Assembly: GCA_048013815.1 (NCBI GenBank)
Contig: CM106586.1
Coordinates: forward strand, 22,320,001 to 22,384,000
Direction: 5' to 3'
DNA from: Setoptus koraiensis
Taxonomy: Eukaryota > Animalia > Arthropoda
Length of the DNA stretch: 64,000 bases
Numbering within the stretch: the stretch's first letter is position 1; the number at the start of each line of letters is the position of its first letter. This document shows positions 53,601-63,892 of this stretch, one piece after another. A program made the translations under genes and the position numbers. A model generated the notes under the pieces. That model was given only the letters and a program-made list of their open reading frames with translations. It searched no databases and was not told where the DNA came from.

Positions 53601-56600
53601 AACAACAGGCCGGCAAGAGGGCGCGCGATAAGCGCCGACAGCGCTCCTCGGGCAATCTCAACGAGCGCCAGCAGCACCGCTCCGCGGGGGCCGCTCTCAC
53701 CAAGTCCGCTATAACACTTGTTGGTGATACAATGGTGGACATGAACTCGTGTGCGCTTGAGCCCTCACTGGAGCGCCGCCTGGCCAACAAATCTCACAAC
53801 AGCAAATTGGGGCCCAAAAATCGACCGCACCAGCACAGAAATAAATCGCGCACAGCAAATAGATCGTCGCTGTCAAACTGTCTCGACGGCGAGCGACATT
53901 CCGATAAAGACGAAGACGATGATGACGATGACGGCGACGATGACGACGATGATATAGATAGTGCCTCGAGAGATTTTGCCACAATTGGCACGAGAACTGT
54001 GTGCGTCGCGAGCGCCCTCAACAAGCAGCAGCAGAATGCTGCGGGGGCGGCGGCGGACATATCAACAATTAGCGGCAGCCAATACGCAGCCAATAGGTAC
54101 GCCAACGACGACGATTACGCCGACGATATTAAAATGACAGCACAGGTGAGAACGGGCGCGTGCGCCATTGGTGCGGCAGCCGCTGCCGCCGCCGCTAGGC
54201 GCCAGCAAACGGGCCACCGGAAGTCGTCGGGCGCTTGGCTGCTGAGCAAGCTGATCGGCGGCCGGGCCGCGGGTTGCGTCAACAACAGTTCGTGTTGTTG
54301 TTCCATATGCAAAATGTTGCCCCTCAAGAGCGTGTGGGTGAGGCCAGAGCAGCAAGCAGCGGATGATGGCGCCACCGACAACAACAGCAGCAGCAACAAC
54401 AACAGCAACAACAGCAACGTCAACAACACCGGTCAGCTGACCAGGACAACAACGCTGGCGCGACAACCCGTTCTGCTCACGGGCTCCTCCGTGGGCTCAA
54501 GTGCCTCACATTGTGCCTATGGCAACTACGTGGCCGCCTCGTCGGCATCGTCGTCGTCCGCCTACGCGTCGGGCAGCTCCACGTCGGCGGGCAATTTGTC
54601 CGCGTCGGGCGGCTCATGTTCCAACAACTCGGCTTCCGGTGCCAACACAATCACCAGCGTGCGCGCAGCCAAGCAGCTGATCAATGGCAGCAAGAGCGGC
54701 GGCAAGCAGCCGAAAATGTCGGCGGCCAAACCGAACAACAACCCGATAAAACCGCTGAAATTGTCCACTATATCGTCGGCGTTCGTCTGTTTAGACGGCT
54801 CAAACGAGGGCTCGCTGAGTGTGTCGGGCCTGCAAAGATTGAGGGCCAAACTGGACGATTGCGATAGCGCCAGCAAAAATTTCAATCATTTCTACAACGA
54901 AAACGACGACGACGACGACGACGACGCCGCTGCCGCCATCACGGACCACGAAGACCACAACCAGCCAGCGAGCAATCCCAACAGCACTGGCACTAGCCAG
55001 AAAAGCAGCCAAAATCTCATTAGTGTGGCCTCATCGACGGCGGCCGCCAAGGCCTCCACTCAGGGCTACATAGACCTGAGACAGGATCAGCTGAGGGGCG
55101 ACTTTCAGCAGATCGACCCGCATCGGGCGGTGCCCAGCGTCAGCCGGGGCACCGTGTGCGAGTACATGTGCCACTATTTCTGGTGGTTCTGTTGTTGCGG
55201 GTTTGTTAATGTTATGCAACCGCAACCGAAAATGTGCCAATTATATCCGTGCAAACAATGGATGCGATTCAAAGTGTTCAATTCGTTGCTGTTGGGCAGA
55301 TTGATATATTTAGTTTGTTTAATTATGCTAGCTTTATTTAGTGTTATTGTTTTTCGTTCTATTGAACAAAACGGCCGCCAGTTGATTTACATGCCATTTC
55401 ATCATTATCAGCAGCAGCCCCACCAGCACCAGACTACCCGACACCAACTGGCGGGCGATTATTACAACTACAACAGTAATTATCTGTTCAGATACAATCA
55501 GCGTCACTCAATCAGAAATCACCAAAATAATCATAATTTGTTTGTGCCCACAATACACAATAGGTGGCAGTTCAGCATCGACAATCTAAACAACGCCAGC
55601 AGCGCCACAAACTCAAGATTTTCTCTAGACCAGCAGCAACAATTTGCGTCAGAGATCGACCAAGTGCCCCCACTGTTCGCAATGCTGATATTGCAAAATT
55701 TAAACATTGCGCTCAAGTCCAGTCAGGCGCCCCCCGAGCCGCCGGCCGCAAGCCAATGGGTGTTTCAATTCGGTGATATACGCGTGCCCGTGGCGCCCGA
55801 CGCGCGCCACGACAACCTCAAGACGTCCGCCAGTGAGCAATTGTTCGTGTCGTCCAGTGATTTATTGCAAATTGACGACACGCTAACCACCCTGAGAAAC
55901 TGTCACCGTCTCACCGGTCTCAACGGTCTCACCGGTCTCAACAGCAGCAGCGGCCACTGGTCAGCGGCTGACCACTGGTCGTCGTTTTGCCTGCTGCTGC
56001 TGAACAGGGAGCGCCAGATGAGGCGCAACTTGCGCTCCGTCGCCCAGCGAGACGCCGTGCTGGGCGCCAAGGAGCCCGTGGGCGCCGACAAGCGACGCGA
56101 CAGGCTCCAGTTTGCGGCCACGCTGGCCAACGGGCACCTACAGGGTCCGTTCATCGATTACCTGATGGACAATTTGGCGCTGCTGCGGCCAAAACTAATT
56201 AGACAAATAATTGAGGCCAACGACGCCACGGACGGCGCCTATTTGACGGGTGAGTGGGTGCCGGGCGCGGGCCAGCGCAAATTCTCTGCCACCGCTCTCA
56301 GCGAGCAAATAGCCCGATCGGGCGCCATGCCAGACACAACACAAAACAACGGCCAAGATCAAAATCACGAAGGCCAAGCGACCGGCCCGTCGGCCAACGA
56401 TTCGCCCGACTACCCGTGGGATTTTGCGGCTGAAGCGGCCAGCGAGCCCGCAAGCGAAACACCGTACGACTATCACGCAAACGGCGACATTAGCGACGCG
56501 GACGCTTACGCCGGCGCCGCCGACGAAGACGACGACGAAAAGCAATATCCGTGGGCCAGTTATAGGTTGCCCAAATTTATAAGACCCGTAAGCTATGATT

Positions 56601-59600
56601 TATTTATGTATTCCAATCTAACAACAAAATTCAATTGGGGCCTAGTGAGAATAAACTTTCAGCTGCTGGAGGATAGCAATTTTATAATAGTGCATAGCGA
56701 CCAATTGAACATTGCCGATATTCAATTGACCACAACAGTGGCCCCATCTAATGATGCCAGCCTGGGCACGGGCGCCAGCGCCGGCGCCGGCGAGCCCTAT
56801 TTGCCTTCGTCGGCGTCGTCGTCGGATTACGGCAGCGTTGGGGCCGGAGCGGGGGCCGGGGCGCACGATGAGTATCAGCAGCAAACAAGTGGCGACCAGT
56901 CAGCGAAATCGGGCGCCGACTCGCCGCCGACGACTCGATTGATTTCTATTAGGCGCGTACTGGCCAGCGCCAAGTACCAACAAATTTATATAGAGCTCGA
57001 CGAGCCCCTATTATCCGGCGGGTGCCAGTGGTGCAACTCGGACCAGACGCAAAGTGATGACGCGGCCACCGCCAGCAACAACAGCGACAGCAACAACAAC
57101 AATGAAAACGCTAATGGCCACTCCACATCCGGTCAGCGGAGCGACGAGCCGCCGGCATTAGCTCTATCATTATATAATAATTATACATTGAAGGTTACGT
57201 TCAACAAGACCATCAATCAAGATAGGAACATTAATCAGGGCATTTACGTAATAAACTACAGGGATTACATGCACGACGACGAGCAAAAACAGATGCTGGC
57301 CACCCAGTTCGAGCCCGTGTACGCGCGCAGCGCCTTCCCGTGCTTCGACGAGCCCCATTTGAAGGCCCGATTTCAATTGAATTTGGTGCACGACAGCGCG
57401 CACACCGTCTACTTCAACGCGATTAAACGCGAAAAGGTGCCCTACTCGTCCGAGGGCCTGGTCATGTCCGCCTTCGAGCAGACGCCCATACCCATCAGTA
57501 CCTATCTGGTGGCGTGGGTCATATGCGACTTTAAGCCGCTCATATCGCGCACCTCCTCGTTGTCCTTTTCGCCTTCGTCTTCGTCCGCCTCTTTGTCTCC
57601 TTCGTCGTCTTCGTCGTCGGGACCCGGCGGCCTGCTGGACGGCGGCCTGTTGGGCGGCGGCGCGTCGGAGGGCGGCGCGGACCAGCGGCCCGGCGACGAC
57701 TCGCCCGGTCACACCGACAATCACGATAATAGCGTCAGTCAGAACGGCGACCAGCAGCGGCCCGTGGTGCAAATTCAGGTGCTGAGCTCGGCCGATCAGC
57801 TCGGCCAGGCCGAGTTCGCCAGCCTGCTGGCGCCCCAGCTGCTCGACTACTACCAGCGCCTCTTGCGGATGGACTACCCGTCGAGCAAGCTCGATTTGGT
57901 GGCGCTGCCCGAATTTGTGGCGGGCGGAATGGAAAATTTCGGTCTCATAATGTTCAAGTCGCAATTGATTCTCATTGACCAGTACCTGTCGAGCAACGAG
58001 CTCATTGAGCAAGTGGCCGTGCTGCTGGCCCACGAGCTGGCCCATCAGTGGTTCGGCAACATTGTCACCATGCACTGGTGGAACGAGCTGTGGCTAAATG
58101 AGGCCTTTGCCACTTACATGGAAAACGTGGCCATTCAGCAAATATATCCGGATTGGCGCATGCTAGAGCAGTTTGTCGTTGGCACCATTCAGCCTGCCAT
58201 GATGCTGGACATGTTCGAGCTAAGCACACATCCGGTGCGCAAGTCGCCGGCGAACGTTGTGGCGCGCCAACGGGACATAGAGGCCATGTTCGACGGCATA
58301 TCGTACAAGAAGGGCGCCGCGCTCATATACATGCTGCAGGGCGTCATGCGAGCCGGCGAGATGCGCGACATTCTGTGCACGTACTTGCGCACGTACCAGT
58401 ACAAGACGGTCACCGGCGACAACTTTTGGCGCATCGTCAACCAGGTGATGGCGGCCCGCGGCTCCGGCCCGACCACCATGGGCCGCTACCCGGGCCACAC
58501 CACAGGCCGCTACCCGGGCCACACCATAGTCCGCAGCGGCGCCGGCGAGGCCCGCGAGATCAATCTGGTGGTGGACGCAAACAATTTGACTATGCAAAAC
58601 AATGGCGCCGATCATTATCATCAGCAAACGGGCGCCGTCAATTATCATCAGCAAACGGGCGCCGACCCGACGGACCCCGCGGACCCGGCGGACCCGATGG
58701 CCGGGCCCGCGGACGAGGCCAGCCTCGACCTGGCCAGTGTCATGTCGACCTGGATTCGCGAAAAGGGCCACCCGATCATAAGCGCCTGGATTTACCGCGA
58801 CAGGATTATATTGCGCCAGCAGCGCTTCTACATAAACAGCGCGCCCAGGGCCCCGCCGGCGCCCGTTGTGCCGTTTGGTGCCGGCAACCGGCAGCAGATC
58901 TCGCGAAGACAAGTGCCCGATAATCGCATTGACACACCGTTGGCCCGCAGCATTGCGCCCCGCTCGCCAGCGATACCCGCTCGCCAGCGCCAACACGCCG
59001 ACAACGGAAGCAACGGGCAAGTGTCCGACACCGCGGGCGCTAATCGGATTATTGCGGATTTAAGGGGAGCGCCCGCCTATGTGCTGCACGATGCGAGCGT
59101 AAATGCAACGCCGGCAAGCGCCGGCGGAATGTTTGACAGAGATAACGGGAACAATTGGCAGTTATCTGCTGTTGCTAGCAAAAGTCTGCCGGCCGCGGGC
59201 CCATACGACCAGCGGCAGCAACAAAATAACTCGCGGCCAATCAGCGCCCCGCAGCCAGCGAACAACAATACAACATTGGGGGCCCATTCAAGTTTATTTA
59301 TAAATAACGACCGCGATCAATTATTGCCAACACAAAATCCGCCCAATCCCGTTAGCGGCGCCCCTTCGGGCGCCCCTTCAAATCGGCCCGACGGCACACC
59401 TTCGGAGCCCGACGGCACAACTTCGGAGCCCGACGGCACACCTTCGGATCGGCCCGACGGCACACCAGCGGATTTGCTGACGGGCCGGAGCGCGAGTCGG
59501 CCGGAGCCGGCCCGCAACGGCAGCGCCCCGCAAAGAATCGAGCCAGGCGAGACAATGAGCGAAAGCTTCCAACGAATGCAAAGCGAGCCGCCGAAGCGAG

Positions 59601-61171
59601 CGGCCAGGTCCGGCCAGCGGTACTCGCTGGTCGGGCCGGCCTCGTCGCCGCCGCCAGCGCAGTCGGATCCGGTGTGGACCATACCCATCAATTACATTAG
59701 TCACTTGAACAGTCGCCAGGCGAAATTTGTGTGGATGACGACGCGCGAATTCACCATACCACTGGGCCATTCTAGTGGCACCACCGATGTGAGCGGCTCG
59801 GCCAATCAAAATCACGCCAGCGCCATCAATTCGCCCATTGGTCAGTGGTTTAAATTGAACGTCAATCAGACGGGATTTTATCGTGTCAATTACGACGACA
59901 GAACATGGGAGTCGCTAATTAGGCTGCTCATGAGCAGCCATTACAGCAATCATGTGCTGTCGCCCACGGACAGGGCCAATCTACTGGACGACTCCATGAC
60001 GCTCATGAGAGCGGGCCGGTTGTCCGTGGGCATCGCCATGAATCTGACCCTGTATTTGGAAATTGGCGAGCGCGATTACGTGCCGTGGGCGTCGGCGCTG
60101 CGCCACTTCGAGCACCTCAGTATACTGATGAACCAGAACCCCAATTGGCACAGGTACGTGTTGCGCCTCATAAATCCGGTCATGAGTGTCATCGGATGGA
60201 AGGACGACGGGCCGCATCTTATGAAAAAGTTGCGCACCTTATTGTTCAAGGTGGCGCTGTTGTACGGCGACGAGCGCATCATTCAGAAGGCCAAGGGCGA
60301 ATTCAAGAATTGGTTCAAATCAAACAGATTTGTGGTGCCCAATCTGCAAGAGATCGTGTACACGGCCGGCGTTAGATTTGGCGATCAACAAGAATGGTAT
60401 CACTGCTGGAACAAATATCAGCAATTGGTGAGCTCGCAAAATGCCGCCACATCCGCACAAACCACAACAACAACAACAATGGGAAACAACGGCAACACCG
60501 GAAGTTTCGGTGGCAATGTGCGCAAGTCAACGCTGCCACTCAATCAACCGTTCAGATCCAGTTCGGATCATGTGGCCGCCGGGTTGCTCATGAGCGCCTC
60601 GCCCGACCTGGGCCCGGCCGGCTTGCCGGCACCCAGTGGCGGGCCCGGCAACATGATCGGCGGCTCGTCGACGGGCGTCAGTCAACCGTATGAACAGAGA
60701 CTGCTGTTGAGCGCTCTCGGATCCACTCAAAACACTTGGCTTCTGGAACAATTTTTAAATTATTCATTAGATGCAAACAAGATTCGTCCGCAGGAACTTA
60801 TTCATGTGATGACAGTGCTGGGCAGAAATCCCGTCGCAAGATTGTATTTGTGGCGATTTGTCAGATTGAATTGGTCATTAATATTAGATAGATTTAGTCA
60901 ATCAAATTTCATCATAGACACAATAATAATTGAATCAACAAAACATTTCTCAACGCAATTAGACTACGAAGAAGTGGAGGCATTCTTCAAGCAACAACAA
61001 CACCAACAACGACAACCCACTTCCGGACGCACCGAACTGGGCCCCAATCAGGCCGCTGTGGAACAAAGTCTCGAGATGATCAAGAGCAACATCTATTGGC
61101 GGAGTCACATTGAGCCCCGACTCACCAAGTGGCTCGGTCAGTACGAGGCCATGAACAGAATCTCCAGGTGA
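50690..61171 (+). CDS. Giant single-exon type II membrane M1 zinc aminopeptidase (APN/ERAP/IRAP-like), 3493 aa
   Basis: M1 N-domain (YRLPKFIRPVSYDL; TQFEPVYARSAFPCFDEP), GGMEN (~57923), HELAHQWFGN-x-WLNEAFATY (58031), catalytic Tyr region (FDGISYKKGAA), and an ERAP1_C-like tail (WFKLNVNQTGFYRVNYD...LSPTDRANLLDD). TM LLLGRLIYLVCLIMLALFSVIVF at ~55285-55355. Confidence 0.93.
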   Translation: MDNESDWQASQQHMTRTTSMASSGASGTTRLNLNQLQADEKSKKKYRVTPTRAPKMSDNDANSTCNIRSWSTTNPLPASSAPQSRICGTLGATNNYQLSNSNNNDNNDSNNNNKVTNKQKTRAKSWRKSTNKAATTTTLTTQTACARATASDTSYNTDRGNNNNNNNNNNNNDNVGHHMNEIYSSTASSNVTAAMSGDDDATSITNMTVTTTADDSEAAAASDEHNSSIVTAAAQQQQQQQQQLQQLQQLQTTDWLCNSNRSRQTISHAGANGNGNNNKQRNNRSGGTTTTRKQRRCRDRETEHDADCDDTTTATSATDYDTDNDSDATTDRMSLREDESIAPNCSANNDNNNSNCYDNSNNDNNCYDNSNNNGNDDVTLAACHVSERRHQQQRQQHLSDASSLDEIYQRRRQQQPQQQQQQPHNNVTGLTADTCASLPCTTDQRIAYAVSGATSAQQEQRVLQHALTSRALCDNGAAAVASSLASFKAQQQQQQQQQQYSNKYQVAPSEHNGANLNTFATYRCAANALAGGAGQQPAAHYPLLAQDNFISQQLGSRANDTNNWTASDRFVMPQQQQQQRTLSQLDASHLQLVNCNQFSQRVSLSGHANGSGINRTADKTNAAELSATSGPHEQQQQLQLTAPDKLLSSYRMQVSPMPLSSSALVAPHPAAACMTQFGKPASSGSTYQPEPPPPPPQQQQQQQQQQQPHPAASILSAATTATNNAQQWQASSQPVVAQICDYVSSRATMQRQQPLQFPPPPPYTTTGQQQQQQQQQQQQQQQQQQQQQQQATNKQQQLYAKQTMLRNDANNNNKHEQQQQQLDSNNLIYQDRDSINDMLASMALNKQLRRSASSSNYRLHQPQTNNQQQPPATATIPSGPTDAGNDWASRVLRANSRTLGRPHQLANMTNMPFSMETGNGSAAAAAAACLLPGAPGLGMSGRGAQLMTKSSHHIAMSGDGGHNEPRRAGQQQQAGKRARDKRRQRSSGNLNERQQHRSAGAALTKSAITLVGDTMVDMNSCALEPSLERRLANKSHNSKLGPKNRPHQHRNKSRTANRSSLSNCLDGERHSDKDEDDDDDDGDDDDDDIDSASRDFATIGTRTVCVASALNKQQQNAAGAAADISTISGSQYAANRYANDDDYADDIKMTAQVRTGACAIGAAAAAAAARRQQTGHRKSSGAWLLSKLIGGRAAGCVNNSSCCCSICKMLPLKSVWVRPEQQAADDGATDNNSSSNNNSNNSNVNNTGQLTRTTTLARQPVLLTGSSVGSSASHCAYGNYVAASSASSSSAYASGSSTSAGNLSASGGSCSNNSASGANTITSVRAAKQLINGSKSGGKQPKMSAAKPNNNPIKPLKLSTISSAFVCLDGSNEGSLSVSGLQRLRAKLDDCDSASKNFNHFYNENDDDDDDDAAAAITDHEDHNQPASNPNSTGTSQKSSQNLISVASSTAAAKASTQGYIDLRQDQLRGDFQQIDPHRAVPSVSRGTVCEYMCHYFWWFCCCGFVNVMQPQPKMCQLYPCKQWMRFKVFNSLLLGRLIYLVCLIMLALFSVIVFRSIEQNGRQLIYMPFHHYQQQPHQHQTTRHQLAGDYYNYNSNYLFRYNQRHSIRNHQNNHNLFVPTIHNRWQFSIDNLNNASSATNSRFSLDQQQQFASEIDQVPPLFAMLILQNLNIALKSSQAPPEPPAASQWVFQFGDIRVPVAPDARHDNLKTSASEQLFVSSSDLLQIDDTLTTLRNCHRLTGLNGLTGLNSSSGHWSAADHWSSFCLLLLNRERQMRRNLRSVAQRDAVLGAKEPVGADKRRDRLQFAATLANGHLQGPFIDYLMDNLALLRPKLIRQIIEANDATDGAYLTGEWVPGAGQRKFSATALSEQIARSGAMPDTTQNNGQDQNHEGQATGPSANDSPDYPWDFAAEAASEPASETPYDYHANGDISDADAYAGAADEDDDEKQYPWASYRLPKFIRPVSYDLFMYSNLTTKFNWGLVRINFQLLEDSNFIIVHSDQLNIADIQLTTTVAPSNDASLGTGASAGAGEPYLPSSASSSDYGSVGAGAGAGAHDEYQQQTSGDQSAKSGADSPPTTRLISIRRVLASAKYQQIYIELDEPLLSGGCQWCNSDQTQSDDAATASNNSDSNNNNENANGHSTSGQRSDEPPALALSLYNNYTLKVTFNKTINQDRNINQGIYVINYRDYMHDDEQKQMLATQFEPVYARSAFPCFDEPHLKARFQLNLVHDSAHTVYFNAIKREKVPYSSEGLVMSAFEQTPIPISTYLVAWVICDFKPLISRTSSLSFSPSSSSASLSPSSSSSSGPGGLLDGGLLGGGASEGGADQRPGDDSPGHTDNHDNSVSQNGDQQRPVVQIQVLSSADQLGQAEFASLLAPQLLDYYQRLLRMDYPSSKLDLVALPEFVAGGMENFGLIMFKSQLILIDQYLSSNELIEQVAVLLAHELAHQWFGNIVTMHWWNELWLNEAFATYMENVAIQQIYPDWRMLEQFVVGTIQPAMMLDMFELSTHPVRKSPANVVARQRDIEAMFDGISYKKGAALIYMLQGVMRAGEMRDILCTYLRTYQYKTVTGDNFWRIVNQVMAARGSGPTTMGRYPGHTTGRYPGHTIVRSGAGEAREINLVVDANNLTMQNNGADHYHQQTGAVNYHQQTGADPTDPADPADPMAGPADEASLDLASVMSTWIREKGHPIISAWIYRDRIILRQQRFYINSAPRAPPAPVVPFGAGNRQQISRRQVPDNRIDTPLARSIAPRSPAIPARQRQHADNGSNGQVSDTAGANRIIADLRGAPAYVLHDASVNATPASAGGMFDRDNGNNWQLSAVASKSLPAAGPYDQRQQQNNSRPISAPQPANNNTTLGAHSSLFINNDRDQLLPTQNPPNPVSGAPSGAPSNRPDGTPSEPDGTTSEPDGTPSDRPDGTPADLLTGRSASRPEPARNGSAPQRIEPGETMSESFQRMQSEPPKRAARSGQRYSLVGPASSPPPAQSDPVWTIPINYISHLNSRQAKFVWMTTREFTIPLGHSSGTTDVSGSANQNHASAINSPIGQWFKLNVNQTGFYRVNYDDRTWESLIRLLMSSHYSNHVLSPTDRANLLDDSMTLMRAGRLSVGIAMNLTLYLEIGERDYVPWASALRHFEHLSILMNQNPNWHRYVLRLINPVMSVIGWKDDGPHLMKKLRTLLFKVALLYGDERIIQKAKGEFKNWFKSNRFVVPNLQEIVYTAGVRFGDQQEWYHCWNKYQQLVSSQNAATSAQTTTTTTMGNNGNTGSFGGNVRKSTLPLNQPFRSSSDHVAAGLLMSASPDLGPAGLPAPSGGPGNMIGGSSTGVSQPYEQRLLLSALGSTQNTWLLEQFLNYSLDANKIRPQELIHVMTVLGRNPVARLYLWRFVRLNWSLILDRFSQSNFIIDTIIIESTKHFSTQLDYEEVEAFFKQQQHQQRQPTSGRTELGPNQAAVEQSLEMIKSNIYWRSHIEPRLTKWLGQYEAMNRISR

Positions 61172-61634
61172 CGCTATCACAACAAAAAAAAGAACAATAC
61201 AAAACTGAAATTGTCGTCGGCGATCAGCTGCACCGGTGATTGCTGGCGATAATATGCCCATGTACAGATTGTATTCACTACAATAACTATCAAATGTTGA
61301 AATTAATAAAGTTAATATGTTAATAGGTCACAGTGTTAGGCCATAGCAGAATCTGTCACTCAATGTTCTCGTGGGGCTCTGTCGAGCTAGCTACGCAGAT
61401 TCTACTCCAAAGGATTCTTCTCTGCGAAAGCCCCTTCGTTTCTAAACCAAAGAGGCGTGAAACAAGAGATATTTGCTTTTGATATCTTGTTTTGGTGACA
61501 CACAGACGACGGTCTGCATGAAAATCTCGCAATTAGAATGCAATTGCCAAGTTTACACAACTATCACTAAACATGAATTATGCATTTTCTGATGGTTGCG
61601 TCATCGACACTTGCACAAGTGTGTCTAGCCATGA

Positions 61635-61871
61635 TTGGCATTCGAGGAGTACTACGGGACAGTGGCCGACGTCGCAGCATCGGGATCAACTGCACCAACA
61701 GGTAAAGTTATCGAGTACCCCAGCTCGAGTGCCATCGATAGCCTGCTAGAGGAAATCGATGCTGATATTGATCGCTTCGGTTACTCATCTGAGGGACTTG
61801 CAATGGAGTATTTCTGGACACACAGCAAAGACGCGAACGTTAGCAAGTTCCTGCGCGCTTCAGTGAATTAA
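61635..61871 (+). pseudogene. 5'-truncated paralog of the 63335-63892 gene
   Basis: Shares EYYxTVAD, YPSSSAIDxLLxExD and LAMxYFWTHxxDxNxxKFLRxxVN* with the C-terminal part of the 185-aa ORF. It has no in-frame ATG upstream of the homologous region. Confidence 0.7.
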
Positions 61872-62124
61872 AAACTTCCTAAGTTAGCTCGACGCGCAAT
61901 ATTCTATGTCAGTTTACTTGTTAGTCAATATACATAATGACCTGTTAACCGAAAAATTGTTAGTCGCTCATTGAAGTTTCTAGCTTTATTACTTTCATCA
62001 TTTCATAGAGTGTTTGTCAGTGGCGGCCCTCTAAACACCTTCTCAGGTAGTCCTAGCTCAAGTGTCATTGATAGCCAATTGGAAGGAGTTGATTGTGGTA
62101 ACTTCGAATAGATTGATTGGCTTG

Positions 62125-62310
62125 CAGCAACAACAACAGCGACAACCCACTTCCGGGTTCGTCATACGCGCCGAATTGGGCCCCAATCAGGCCGCTGTGG
62201 AACAAAGTCTCGAGATGATCAAAAGCAACATCTATTGGCGAAGTCACATTGAGTCCCGATTCACCAAGTGGCTCGGTCAGTGCGAGGCCATGAACAGAAT
62301 CTCCAGGTGA
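62125..62310 (+). pseudogene. Duplicated 3' stub of the aminopeptidase gene
   Basis: Near-identical to ~60995-61171 (ELGPNQAAVEQSLEMIKSNIYWRSHIE...AMNRISR*). 3' UTR similarity continues to ~62620. Confidence 0.9.
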
Positions 62311-63334
62311 CGCTATCACGAAAAATTGAAGGCAAAACTGAATGGACGAGACAAAATTATCATCGGCAATCGACTGTATGGGTGATTGCTGATGATAGTG
62401 TGCCCATGTACAGTTTGCATTCACTACAATAACCGTCAATGTTGGAATTGATAAAGTTACCATGTAAATAGGTGGCAGTGTTAGGCCATGTCAGCATCTG
62501 TTACTTGATATTCTCGAGTGGTCCCGCCAGGGTAACTAGCAGCTGAACAAAACATTTTTCTCATGTGAGAAAGCACCTTTGTTTCTGAAATATAGAGATG
62601 TGAAACAAGAGATATTTGGTTTTTAGCGCCCAATTCCAATTGAGTAGCGATAGGGTTAGTGATGGTTCATACGTTTATTCGTGTGACTAGTACAATCAAG
62701 CTTTTTTTAGGCAAATATAGAACATAGGATGAACGTTATCTCTAAATTCCTCAGCTATCACACATACAATCAACACAGCCAAGGTCGCATGACTCAGTGT
62801 CAGATATCAGCTACGTGGGGCGAGACCCATCAGTTGCGCACAGTGACAGGTTATCTTCTGGTACAGGTACTCTTCTGAACGTATCGACCATTCATTTCCA
62901 CACAGAAAATAATAAGCGCTCGTGATACTGCTATAATAAGCAAAACTTGTGATATCTTGTTTTGGCGACATCTAGAAACTATCTGCAACAGGCGCTCAGC
63001 ACGTGGGATTCACATTGCAAAGTTTACACAACTATCTATAGATATAACTTGCCATATTCGGCATTTAAACGAAGTCTGAAAAGTGGATCGGCTGTTACAT
63101 GGTCTATATCCAAGAGGTAACATTTGGCTGTTCGCTATATTCATAGAAACAATTGTCCGCAAATAAAAATTTCTTCCTGGATCATTGGAACGAGAAAAAG
63201 GGTTTACAGTGTAAATAGTGGGACTATTCGAATGACCTACTGTCGCTTCTTATTCTGGCACATTCACAAAGGTTCAGAAATATTGAAGCTCAAGATATAA
63301 TTCACCGGAAGGGGACAACAAAACAAGCGCAATA

Positions 63335-63892
63335 ATGATTTATACACTGATTGCCGCGGCTATCTTAATGACAATCATTGTTTACACCAGTCATGAACCA
63401 AAACTTGAACTTCCTGAATGTGATATGTACTCACAAAACTTGGCTCGTAATCGCAGTGAATATGATCCCCTATTTTTGTTCATCAAAGAAAATTGTCCAT
63501 CGAAGGACTTGTTGGCACATATTCTATGGGTTAAGGTTGCGAACTCGCTAACACCCCGATATACGTCTATCATAAACCCCGATCTAAAACGGTACAGACT
63601 TATGAATGAGCAGAAAATGGAACAAATCAGATGGTTGAGTGAGGCAGAGAGTAAAGTATCCGAGTATTACTCTACGGTGGCAGACATGGCTACTCGGCCA
63701 TCAACTGAACCAGAGAGTCTCGTGATTGTTACTGAAATCACCAGATACCCCAGCTCAAGCGCCATCGATGACCTGTTGAAAGAAGTTGATGATGACAATC
63801 TAGAGTCAATTGATCGACTCGCAATGGATTACTTCTGGACGCATCACGAAGATGAGAATATTTTGAAGTTCCTGCGGGTTGCAGTGAATTAA
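63335..63892 (+). CDS. 185-aa protein of unknown function with an N-terminal signal or anchor sequence
   Basis: ATG start and hydrophobic N-terminus MIYTLIAAAILMTIIVY. Amino-acid-level conservation with the upstream paralog supports coding. Confidence 0.7.
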   Translation: MIYTLIAAAILMTIIVYTSHEPKLELPECDMYSQNLARNRSEYDPLFLFIKENCPSKDLLAHILWVKVANSLTPRYTSIINPDLKRYRLMNEQKMEQIRWLSEAESKVSEYYSTVADMATRPSTEPESLVIVTEITRYPSSSAIDDLLKEVDDDNLESIDRLAMDYFWTHHEDENILKFLRVAVN

